Shown: positions 10,986 to 22,600 of the stretch, in pieces | Layout: every line of letters starts with the position of its first letter | Numbering within the stretch: position 1 is the stretch's first letter | DNA from: Podarcis liolepis | Taxonomy: Eukaryota | Assembly: GCA_965112155.1 (NCBI GenBank) | Contig: OZ218103.1 | Length of the DNA stretch: 64,000 nt | Direction: 5' to 3' (one strand) | Notes under the pieces: generated by a model | The model's database searches: none | Told to the model about the DNA's origin: nothing | The model's input: the letters and a program-made list of their open reading frames with translations, nothing else | Made by a program: the position numbers and the translations under genes

Positions 10986-12420
10986 TACTGTCCTGTGCTT
11001 CAGGCAGCAAAATGTCATGAGCTGGTCCTGGGTAGGAGGACTCAGAGACTGATTGGGAGACTACAGCAGTGACTATTTCACTTGTTGCAGTAACCACTAG
11101 CTAAATTTGCAAACCAAAAGAGTGTGGGAGTGAATCAACTGACAACATTAACTTATCCCTTCCTTTGATAGCAGCCTTTGATTTTCAAAGTCCTCATACT
11201 TCACATAAACTGTCGATTCCACTGAAGACTCTTCCAAAAAAGCATTTTTATTCAGTGTTGTGATATGTGAGCATGATACATCATTGGATAAATAATTGGA
11301 CAGAGCTAGGCAGATAATCAGATATAAATATCTTTAATGGGTTTGACAGCCCCTTGTACTATTCCTCTGTAGACACAATTTTTGGGTCAAGTGATGATCA
11401 GAGAGTTTTTGGTTGCAACACACACCATATATTAAAAGAACTCTTATACCATGTTAGCAGTCACGGCTTCTCCCAAAGAATCCTGGGAACTTAAGAAGTT
11501 AAGGGTGCTGGGAAATGTAGTCCTTTGAGGGGTTTCCTAACAACTCCCAGTACTCTTCTGAGATAAGTCCGGGAGGTCTCTTCTTCCACACACTTCAGCA
11601 TGAAATCTTACGAAGAGGGTTTGTTCCAGGGAAACTTGCTGAAAAGAAATAGCTATTCACTTGTTCCATGAACAGCAGTTTCAGTTGTGTTGAGTTTGGC
11701 TCCTGCCCACATCAGCTCTATGCTCCACGCTGAAGAACTTCTATGGAAGTCTTCTCAAAAGTAAGTCTCACTGAGTTCACTGAGGATTACTCCCTTGTTA
11801 AGCGTGTATAAGAATGCAATCTAAACATGTCTGCCTAAGAGACAGCAAGCAGAAATATGTTTTCTCTTTCCCCATTTTTTTGTGAGAAATATAGAATTGG
11901 TTAGCAGCCTTTATAGGACTTTTGTGTTAGTTCAGAGTCTGATTAGTTAGTTCTCATTGATGCATTTGTATGGAATTTTTAACAGAAGAATTGTAAAAAT
12001 AATTGTGTGGATTGTTGCTTTGTGAGGATGCTGATCATCTTCCTTAAGTGCCTGTTGTGCCCTTACAGAATCAAGGTTCCCAGAGTTCATAGCTAGAAGC
12101 AATGACAGGTTTGAAATGCAAAATCGTAGTGTACCCACGCACAAGCAGTTTCTTTCCAAGCTATGCCTGTACATGAAATCCATTACAGCCTTCCCCAAAC
12201 TGGTGTCCTCCAGATGTTGTTGAACTACAGCTCCACCCATCATGTCCAATGGTTAGAGATGATGGGAAAAGTAGTCCAACAAAATCTGGAGGGCACCAGG
12301 TTGAGGAAGGCTTGGATAGAAGGCATAACCATTTGATACTTTGTAGTGTATTGAATAGGGTACTGGCATTTTTAATTTCTCCATAATACCAAGAAGACAA
12401 TCATTGCTGAATTGTCATAG

Positions 12421-12781
12421 TAAAGGTAAAGGGATCCCTGACCATTAGGTCCCGTCGTGACTGGCTCTGGGGTTGCGGCGCTCATCTCACTTTATTGGCC
12501 GAGGGAGCCGGCATTTGTCTGCAGACAGCTTCCGGGTCATGTGGCCAGCATGACTAAGCCACTTCTGGTGAACCAGAGCAGCGCACGGAAAGGCCGTTTA
12601 CCTTCCCACCGGAGCGGTACCTATTTATCTACTTGCACTTTGACGTGCTTTCGAACTGCTAGGTTGGCAGGAGCCGGGACCCAGCAACGGGAGCTCACCC
12701 CATCATGGGGATTCGAACCGCTGACCTTCTGATCGGCAAGTCCTAGGCTCTGTGTTTTAACCCACAGCACCACCCGTGTCC
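12421..12781 (-). mobile_element. Sauria SINE, full length
   Basis: (ACCTTT)n tail and tRNA-like head; TSD ctgaattgtc(a/c)tag at 12407-12420 and 12782-12795. Confidence 0.92.
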
Positions 12782-12960
12782 CTGAATTGTCCTAGGATAT
12801 GCCATATTCTGGCATATAGTGTAGAAGAGAGACAATGTGGTATGGTGGTTGGTGTGTTGGACAAGGACCTGGGATACCAGGGTTCTTGGGCCAGTCACAG
12901 TCTCTGAGCCTAACCTACCTCACAGGGTTGTTGTAAGGATTCAATGAGGTTGGGGAGAAC

Positions 12961-13090
12961 CAGTGCTATTTTTCTAGAAAAAGAGGTGCCAGAACTCACC
13001 ATAAATGCCTCCTTTGTATAATGGCAATGGCACCCACCTGAGGGGTGTCGGAACTGAGTCCCAGTGAGTTTTGGCTGAAAAACAGCCCTG
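12961..13090. mobile_element. hAT MITE inserted in a MIR-like SINE (about 12838-13150)
   Basis: TIRs cagtgctatttttc / gaaaaacagccctg; 8-bp TSD gggagaac. A second copy in the opposite orientation lies at about 18288-18422. Confidence 0.85.
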
Positions 13091-13791
13091 GGGAGAACCA
13101 TGTATGCCACCTTGTTCTCTGCAAAGAAAAAGATGGGATATAAAGGCAATGGAAAAAAGAATAATGATAAGTTTTAAGAGAAGCTTGGTTTGGGAAGAAA
13201 AAGAGCTATATCTTCTTCACATTAGGGAGCTTCAGGTAATTATGCTGTATAGGATAATTTGGCTGTTAATGGTAGAGGAAAAATGAACCACACTCTTGTT
13301 TCTCACTGAGACCTCATTAGCCCATTCTACAAGTCAATAGATTTCTCAGCTTAAATATTAAAGGTTATTTCAGGGACTCTTAATTCCCAGCCCGGAAGCT
13401 TCAGCACAATTAATGTTCTCTCCAGTGACCCCTGTCTGTTGCTGCTACTGGAACCATTTCAGGTAAACGAACGTACCATATTCCTTGGGAATGAATCTGT
13501 GTCCAATTAATGGCACAAACAAGTCAGAAATCACCAATTCAAAGGTGTCGTTTGGTAGTCCAAACAAAAGGCAGCCCTTCTCTGCATGGATATGAGCTGA
13601 GTATCAAGTTATAGTTACAATGTTATTGGCAGAAAGCAACTGATCAATAATGTGAATCAAAAATGCAACGGAATGCTTCATAAGATATTTTAGGAAATGA
13701 AGCCCTTAGACAGGATTTAACATAAACTAAAGGTCTCCTGGAGTTACCATATTTTTTTTCTAGAAGTAGATTCAAATATTTTAAATGAGTA

Positions 13792-14017
13792 CAGTGGTAC
13801 CTCGGGTTAAGTACTTAATTCATTCCGGAGGTCCGTTCTTAACCTGAAACTGTTCTTAACCTAAAGCACCACTTTAGCTAATGGGGCCTCCCGCTGCCAC
13901 CACACCACCGGAGCACAATTTCTGTTCTCATCCTGAAGCAAAGTTCTTAACCTGAAGCACTATTTCTGGGTTAACGGAGTCTGTAACCTGAAGCGTATGT
14001 AACCCGAGGTACCACTG
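13792..14017. mobile_element. Tc1/mariner-type MITE
   Basis: TIR cagtggtacctcgggtta ... taacccgaggtaccactg; TA TSD. Confidence 0.92.
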
Positions 14018-14202
14018 TACAACTAAATAAGTCACCACGTATGATTTTCTCCTTATGGGCTCTGTGTATGTCACATAGGGCAGGGACAGAGAATCGGTGG
14101 CCCTCCAGCGCTGACGTAAGGGATCCCTCAGACAGGCTACAGGACAGGAAATAATAAATTCTTGTTCCACACAACTTTAGCAAAGCGTATTGTACACCTT
14201 AG

Positions 14203-15210
14203 TCACGTTCTACCTAACACTTCTATCTTACCCAAATGGATAGGACCTACTTGACGAATTCCCTTTCCTACCCGCCTAAAGAGGTTCCTCAGCCTGGCCT
14301 GGAACTGGAAAGAAAGGCAGAAGCAGATCATGGGGTTAATGCAGCGGTTGGCGAAGGCAAGGAGAGACGTCAGGTGATAAGCCAAGTACATAGGGGCTGT
14401 GGTTAGCAATTGGTCGTACTTGATAAAGAAAATCACCAGCCAATATGGGAGCCACATGACCACCAGGGTCACCGTGGTGACCAAAGCCATCACTGAAGCT
14501 CGCCAGTTCACTTGCAGGCTGGAGGCTGTGTGCATAGAGAGCCCCCTCCTAACCTTGAGGTTACAGATGATCCTCAAGTAGCAGAAAACCATCAGCAATG
14601 TGGGAGGCAGGAAGCCCACCCCTCCCAGGAGCCGCAGGTAAAGGTTAACTTCCTTCCATGCCATTTGGTTCACGCAATATGTCTGCCCCTCCACGTGAAT
14701 GATCTCATAATTAATCCAGAGAGGAGTGGAGAATATAAGGCAGGTCACCCAGATGAGCCCGCAAGCGATAGCTATCTGCTTTTGGGAGATGGGCATCACT
14801 CTCACTGGGTGGAGGATAGCCGTATAGCGAAGCAGCGCGATGGCCAGCATGCTATAGAAGGCAGCAAAGGAGACCCACATGGAGAAGCTGTGGTTGGTGA
14901 CGCACAGCAGGCGGCCCAGGCGCCAGTCCCTGAAAAGGATGTTGCCAAACATCACAGGGGCATTGTAGAGGAGGAAGAGGAGGTCCAGGATCACGATGTT
15001 GAGGAAGAGAGGCTCCGTCAGGCGTGAGATGTGGCTGCCGCTCTTTCTTTGGAGACCTCGGAAAAGGATCCAGAGCAGCAAGCCATTTCCGGGCATGCCC
15101 AGGAGGAAGAAGAGGACATAGAGGACAGCAAACACATTCCTGCTATAATGGAGGAAAAGGTCGCTCAAGCCAGAGCTGGTGCCATTCCCTGCACTGGAAT
15201 TGGAGTCCAT
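14203..15210 (-). CDS. Orphan galanin-receptor-like class A GPCR (copy A), 335 aa, single coding exon
   Basis: Strong Kozak GCTACCATGG; sequons NSS/NGT. Motifs: TM1 PGNG, TM2 LDLLFLLYNAP, DWRLGRLLC, TM3 ALLRY, TM5 FLPP..CYLRI, TM6 MWLPY, TM7 FANRCINPMIC, helix 8 FQARLRNLF. Colinear paralog of 7977-8975. Confidence 0.92.
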   Translation of the reverse strand: MDSNSSAGNGTSSGLSDLFLHYSRNVFAVLYVLFFLLGMPGNGLLLWILFRGLQRKSGSHISRLTEPLFLNIVILDLLFLLYNAPVMFGNILFRDWRLGRLLCVTNHSFSMWVSFAAFYSMLAIALLRYTAILHPVRVMPISQKQIAIACGLIWVTCLIFSTPLWINYEIIHVEGQTYCVNQMAWKEVNLYLRLLGGVGFLPPTLLMVFCYLRIICNLKVRRGLSMHTASSLQVNWRASVMALVTTVTLVVMWLPYWLVIFFIKYDQLLTTAPMYLAYHLTSLLAFANRCINPMICFCLSFQFQARLRNLFRRVGKGIRQVGPIHLGKIEVLGRT

Positions 15211-15281
15211 GGTAGCATCAGTTACTTATTTAGTCTGTGCCATAGAATTTCCTAGCAGCCTGCCAGTCTTTCTTCTGTTCC

Positions 15282-15430
15282 CTGGAAACAAAAATATGAC
15301 TTTCAATGCACTCTGAAATGCAGCATTTGGGATAATCATGGAAATGATAGTCTTGTTCAAAGCAATCTGCACTATTAAGATTGAGGAAGGGGCAAGGAAG
15401 GTGAGAGGAGACACCTGACTTTCTACTTAC
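15282..15430 (-). other. Probable 5'UTR intron of GPCR copy A
   Basis: Donor GCC|GTAAGT at 15430; acceptor tttttgtttccag| at 15282, 71 nt upstream of the ATG. Confidence 0.55.
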
Positions 15431-15600
15431 GGCTTGCACAGGAAGAAGGAAGAAAGTCTGCATGAATTATTCGAATGTCAGTGTGTGCCAACAGAGTCTT
15501 TCCATTTGTACTTCGTCTCTGCCCAGTGTTCCTTATTTAATGTGCTCAGCAGAGTTCAAATTTATGGTGGGAGTCTTGCTTGTCAACTGTACTTGACCAA

Positions 15601-15604
<4 letters not shown>

Positions 15605-15640
<36 letters not shown>
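15605..15640 (+). repeat. (AC)n microsatellite upstream of GPCR copy A
   Basis: Perfect dinucleotide run. Confidence 0.97.
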
Positions 15641-15645
<5 letters not shown>

Positions 15646-16689
15646 TTTCCAGTCGGTCTCCTCCAAAGTTATGTGTATTCTGAGTCTTTGACACATTGGG
15701 AGGCACTCACTGCAATATACAAGCCATGCGGCATGCACAGCTGACCACAGCACACACACCCCACAAGCAAATGGGCTTCTCCAGGGGTTTCTCTTTGTCA
15801 GAAGGGCATTTAAGTCTGCTTCCTTTGTGTCTGAACAAGGCACAGAGCATTTTTAATCTCAATACATTAACATTAGATGGGACAAAGAAACCAAAAAAGT
15901 ACCACTGTGACCAAAATAAATCAATAGATTGCATGGTGTTTATTTTTCCATAGGCTCTTTTATTTGTTTTCAAACAGAAAATTCTGTCTCGGCACATATG
16001 CCCACTTCAGTGGATCAGTTTTTGCTGGAAATGTTTTACTCCATCCTGTTTCATTGGCTAGGACAAAAAAAAAACCCCATGTAAAATTTAATTGGTTTTC
16101 TTGGGTTGTTGTTGTCTCAGGGTTGTTTTGTATTACTTTGTGTGTGTGCAGGAAGACGCTATTTCCATTGCACAAGTAAAACAGCGGCTTTAACTACAAC
16201 CCAGAATTTATGATTGTGCAAAGGACAGTGTCCTAGGAGGACTATGGTGCACATCTACTTCCATGCATAGCCTGCAGTGAAAAGTGCACTAGGATTCACA
16301 CCCCAAGGTCTGGCTTAGAGGCCGGAATAACAAACATGGATAAATGAGCTCATACTCAAGTCTCCTTTAGATCACCAGATACCTGCATTGCTAGCAGTGA
16401 CCCAGTGTAAGTGTTTTCCTCCATGGAAAAACACCCATGAAGAATTTACATGAAAAGTGAAATTAAGAATCATGTGGGTCTTGCAGGAAAGAATCATAAG
16501 AAGAAGTCTAGATACAGGTTCAACAAAACATACCAGGATTGTGTATTCTGGGGACAGAGGAGCTATTTGCTATGCCTGAAGCTTGTAAGGCTAGTTCTCA
16601 GAACAGACTTTAGTTTCACAACAGAGCCTCCATACAAACAGTCTTTACTTGAATTTTAATCCACATAGTAAGATACAGAACAGGTGGTT

Positions 16690-19600
16690 TCATTTAGATC
16701 TTTGTAATTTATTGTAAAGTGTGAAAAGAACTTTCATTACTGGATTCTATAGAAATGTAAAAAATAAATATATAAAATGCTCAGAAGATTATTACTGCCC
16801 TCCCCTTCAAAAACAGACTTCTGTGTAATCATACTTTGAAAGTGCAAGAACCTGGACCCAATCTCTGTCCAACAGATTTTCAAATTCAATAGATTTTTTA
16901 AAAATATCAGATTCATTTCTGTGTCACCAATAGCATGTTGAGATCATCTTCTTTCTTTCCCACAAAGAAATGCATCCTCTGTAGGACACATATGAAATGG
17001 CCTAGTGTGAACAACACATCTGAACAAGACTCTGTTCTAAGATCTCTACTGTTTAACATGTTTAGGATGGAGGGACAAGTTCAACAATCTGGAAGGGTAA
17101 CTTTAAAACTAAGGATTTAACAATGAGAGGAAGCAAAGCATCATACCTCACTGCTGATGTCTAAACCGGATACCACTTAGAGAGCAAAGCAAATGGATGT
17201 GTAAATTAAGCTGGAGTCAGGAGCATTTTCCTTTTGCCTTGTCTTCTGTCTCTTTTCAGAACCTCTGCAGACTGACTTAGGTACACAAACACACACAGCC
17301 CAAGTGGTTTGGATGCTCTCTTACTGATGCTGCCACTAAAGAAGACCTGCCTATCAGCACTCTTTCACCTGAGCACCAAAGGCAGCCAGCTCAGTCAGAG
17401 AGAATCATTTGCCTCATCATATTAGAGCAGAAATCAACCTAGGATGGAATGAGCCATTCTACCCCTCCATCTCTGCTGGCAAAACTTAACTTCTTGAAAG
17501 TGAACTATTACTATTAGAATTGGTTTAGGGACCATCCCTTTGGGAACAGATTGATAAAAGGGCGAGGGTTCAGGGGCTTCTGCTGAGCAGACATGCACCA
17601 TCACCAAGCATTTAAAGGCATCTAGGAATGGGGGAAGTAGCTGAAAAAAATATTAAATTCAGAGCAAAGTACCTTCAGGTATGTATATTTTTCCATACAT
17701 GTAGTTGATGGAATAACCACATGTAAGCTGCCATTAGTTCTTTGTACACAGGAACTTAGTACAGGATAGTACAGAAATGCAGTGATTACAGAGAACAACT
17801 CACAATACAAGCAAGTACTGGAAAAACAAGTGGCAATGTGGGTCTGGGGATTAGAGCCCCCCAAATAGTTTAGTCACACTTGATCCCATGTAGCCAATGA
17901 GCTCACCCTTATAGTTGAGATCTGGCATTTGTTAATTCAACAATGTCCACTTTTAAAGGGGTGTGTGTGCCAAAAAGAGGTGCTATACTTTGGGGTGTAC
18001 TTGTTTTTCTTTTTATGGAAAAGAAGGTCATTGGTAGGGCTGTGTGATGTAACTCATATCCATTGCAGTACACATGAGCAATTTCCCATTCATTCTTTTG
18101 GTGCCATATTCTGTCCTTTAGAATAAAAAGAACGTCTGAAAAGGGCATCCTTTTAAAACGGAAAACAACAGGCAGATTGCAGGAAGCAAACTTGCAGTGT
18201 TGCAATAGAAGAGTGAGTTAGGGGATGGAAGAGGCATTGCAAAAAGTCACTTGATCTTTTCCCCTCCCCTTAATATGGACCAGTTGCATAGCTTTTTTTC
18301 AGCCAGAACTTGCCAGAACTCAGTTCTATCACCTCTCAGGTGGACCCCATTGCCATTACAAGAGAACAAGGGAGGTGTTCACGGTGAGTTCCAGCACCTC
18401 TTTTTCTAGAAAAACAGCACTGGCCAGCTGTATTCTGTTTAAATGTTTGCCTATCAAACATTTACAGTGCATGTGCAGTCAAAGGATTATGAGAATGCTT
18501 GTGATGGGTACCCAAGTCTTGACCCCACATGGGCCACAAGATTTTAAAGGAGACGTTCTCAAATGACTCTTCCATTTTTCAAGTAGATCTATTTCTGTAT
18601 TATATTTCAAGTCACACAGTTTTTGACATTATTAGTCAAAAGATGTCTTGGAGGGCTGGCCGGTGGAAAGCAACTCGTGACATGACCCAGCCTGTTCCAA
18701 CCACTGGAGAGATGCTAATGAAGGTCTCGCTGCCTGTTTTTGTTTCAGAGTGGATGTCTTCAAGGCTCACACCTTTTGCTTTTCCCCTGTGCACATGGCA
18801 TGCTCTGAGCAAAGGTAAACTTGTTATGCTAACTTCACTCTCCTAGTGAAGTGTGTAAGTTTGTTTCAAACAAACTATCCAGGCTGGGGGGGGGGGCTAT
18901 ATAAAGTTTAGACAGATAATAGGCAGGCAGATACAAATATAAATAAAAATTAGGTCTAAGTTTTAGGCACACACAAAATATCTATTTTGTACATACAGCA
19001 CAAGATGAAGATACAGGGGGGGGTGGAAGAACACCACAGAGATAAGAAAAATCAGAGCCAAGAATAACACAAAAACAGCACATAAAAAGTGGTTGTGTGG
19101 CTTGATCCTCAGAATGGGATAAGACATTAAGCAGCAAATATGGGTCTGGAATCCTTGGGGAGGCCTAACTTGCAAAGACAAAGTAGGAGCTGCAGAAGGA
19201 ATTAAAAATCTTCCCCACGTACTGAAGTCCCCAACTTGATTTGTGGCATGCACACCTCTAGGAACCCTGACTGGGGGTGGTGGGGAGCTTAACAATATCC
19301 TCAAGATGTGTCACCCTTTCTCCACTGCTTCTCTTTGCATTGAAAAGCAGCAGCCCAGGTCCCCAGTTCCTCATCTGCCACTTTCTGATTCTTAATACTC
19401 TATATACCAGCAAATACATTCTTAGCACAGGACATACAAGCAACTGCAGAAATAGGTTAGGGTCTTGAAATGAAGGGCATGCCATGCCCTTAAGGTGCAT
19501 CTGATGCCAGGAGTTCACAGGTGCCTGTGCTGGGTGTCAGAAGTGTGTGTTGGGGGGGGGGGGGAGAGAGAAAGTACCAGTGTCTTTTCTTAGCCCTCCT

Positions 19601-22600
19601 ATCTGTGTAGGAAAACATGGAGCTAAGCTTTGAGCCAATGTTGCCAGCCCTTACTGTGGAACAGTCTACAGATTCCAAAGCTTTGCCACTGAAATGGTCA
19701 GCAGCAGCTTTTACTTTACGTCCAAGGAAATAATTTCACGGCACATCATCTTACTAAAACAGGTTGTAGAGTAAGGGAGAATGAAACTCTGCAAGGTTCA
19801 AAAGCACACCCTAGAGATATACCCTGGGCTGAATGGTCAAACACACACACCTTCCAACCTCTAGAACTATCTGGGAAATTGTAATGCAGACGAAACACTG
19901 CAGACTGTTCACATGGGAAAGAGAACTGCAGCACCTCCAACAAGGTAGCTGAGCGAGTGAAGGACAGCCAGGCATAAGGTGGCAAGACAGTCTTCTCATT
20001 GCCTCTTCTTTTCCCATCCATATCCAGGGCAGGAAAGGCAGTGCTAGAAACCATAGAGACAGACAGGGGTTGCCTATCCCATTTTATTGTCAGAGACAAA
20101 AAAGGGAAGGACCAACCTGCACACACAACCCCATTGCAGCCTTGCTTACTGGGGTTGCACAGTGACTTACATGTTCCGGCAAGATTTCACAGGGCTGTTT
20201 GTGAGATCTCACTGGAACCCCAAACCTGCCACTTCTCAATTCTGCAGTAGCAGCGGTGGGTAGGTGGGGTACCTGCAGTGCTCTTCCGAGATCTTGCCAG
20301 AACCCACTGCAGCCACTTCTTTGGGGGAAGGTAGGATGCCCACAGCAGTGCCGCTCCTTGGATTCTGCCACCCGAGGCAGCTACTTTAGTCTGCCACATG
20401 AACAGGCCAGTCCTAGAGGAAAAACTACACCTTTACTTCTTATGTTTATCTCAGGATAAGATTAACCTATGGAACTCACTCCCCACAGGAGGTAGTGAAA
20501 GTCTTTAAAAGAGTCAGAAAAACTCATGGAGGTTAAGGCTATCAGCGGCTACAAGTCATGATGGTTGTGCTCTGCCTGCAGTCAAAGGGAGAAATTCTTT
20601 TGAAAACTTTGCTGGAAACTATTCCGGTTCTGCTTGAGAGTTTCCCAGAGTCATCCTGTTGGCCACTTTGGATTTGATGAGCCATTGGCCTGATCCAGCA
20701 GGCTCTTAAGTTGCTCGGTGATGAGCAGCAGCCCTGAAAAAAATGGCTAAATGATGTATGTTGTTCCTTATGTGTTTCAGCAAGGTTTCACACTCACAAG
20801 AGTAAAGGCAGACCACATAAAAGCCCAATTTTTGTCTTTATTTCTAACCCAAATATTGCAAATATACAGAAAAATACCAGTACAAATTTATAATATAGCC
20901 AGGCTTATTTACAAACTCTATACATGGCTCCTTTATTTTTCTTCTGCACCTTGCCTCAGACTGTACATCTTAAGAAATTATGTGTAGAGGAGTGTATTAG
21001 CTATGGCTTTTTGTTATGTTATATTTTACAGCCATTATGCACATGGTCTGGTCTGGTCTGCCTTACAGACACATCAGGGAGACAATGATACTTCAAAGCT
21101 CATGCAATGGCAACATTTCCAGGACTGCTTTGTCACTTAGGCAGCACCCTTAGAGCAGTGACGAAGATGCAGTGTTACCTACATACTCAACACTATGGAG
21201 GACAAGGCTACTGTTGTGTAGGGCAGCAAGTGTGTGACAGTAACAAGGACCTGGTTAGTTTATTGAGGTTTCTAGTTCCTTGAATGCTCTCACTTTATAA
21301 GCCAATGTGCCACAATGTATAGTGTCTTATGAGAGGGGAACCAACAGAAATGGAGCAATGGAACAGGTCATGCCCAGTAATGAACCCCCTTGCCTAACCA
21401 CGCTTCCAGAGATGCTTTAATAAACATAGAAAATAGGACATATAATAGGAAGAGTAAGTAGTCAGATTATGTTCTCAGTGAAATGGAAAAGGTCACCACC
21501 AGCTACATTACAGGCTTTCCACCACAATCCCAGCCCAGCACTTAAAAGAGTTTCAGCCACATCACATGGATAGTAAAGCGATTTGAACCTGGCTCTGCAC
21601 AGAACAGATGTACACAAGAAGTTCAAATATGTTAAGAGCAGGGGTTTTGGAGCAGCTGTCAGACACAAGGTTATTGAGCCCCCTTCAGTTCCTGGTTGAG
21701 TTACTGTGAGTTTAACATTGACTGTAAACAGCACTTTTATTTACATGCAAGTGTGCTTCTGTACCAAATGGAGTGAGACAACAAGTGAAATAAGCTACAA
21801 GTGTCTTCCAGGGACAAACGTTCCTCCTTGCCATGTGTTCCTCGTTGGTACCTTCTGCAAGGGACAAAATAATTTTGTACCAAGGAAGACAATGACACCC
21901 TGAGATATAATCAAATGATGCAGTGATGTAAGGGAGGAAGTAAGGGCCCAATAAAAAAGCACAGTAACGCCAAAGTAACTGTGGGAAAAACAAATCCAGG
22001 ACAGACACTTTATTTCATGTTTCTGACTCTCATTATTGCCAAAAAGAGGGGTGGAAAGCTCTGTGACTTTAGCAACATGTCCTAACCACTAGGGCATAAT
22101 TGGTAGCCACTGAATATCTAACAAATCCTGCTTCTTTGAAGAAAGGCAAGCTAAACTGATTAATGGTGGAAATACCCAACAGTCAGTGCCTCCTGAAAAA
22201 TTGCGGAGCGTGGCATTCAGAGGGTAGATGCCACTATGGAGAAGGACCACTTCCAGACTGTCGCTGGATGACACTCGGCAGGTTGCAGCATTACCAGCAA
22301 GTTTTCCTCTGATAATCTTAGGGAAGTACTGGGGCTGGGTAAGGGGAAGGGTGGTCCTTAAACAGCACACACACCAGAGACCCTGGGGAAAATATGCTAT
22401 GTGTCCCAGGGCTCCTCGTGTCTGGATGAATGCCCTAGCACCACAAGGGAGCAAAGGCAGCCTCAGCCTGAAACCTCCAGTGAGACCTTCCTGGTAGTGC
22501 TGCCTCACCAGCAGGAACACTTGGGGAATAAAAGCAGAGTGGGGCAAGTTCCAGTATAGGCGTTCATAGCAAGATTAAGGGTACAGGTGGTATGTGGAAG

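Noticed and set aside
9420-14200. Neuropeptide precursor (ligand) gene between the two GPCRs
   Set aside because: No signal peptide plus dibasic/amidation-site ORF or consistent exon chain found by eye; very small exons cannot be excluded
14512-15027. 171-aa plus-strand ORF, and similar ORFs at 8083-8910
   Set aside because: Antisense shadows of the GPCR coding sequences
14203-15210. Assigning a GALR1/2/3, KISS1R or GPR151 symbol to either GPCR
   Set aside because: Motifs (LRY, PxxC) and exon structure do not match well enough; a phylogeny is needed
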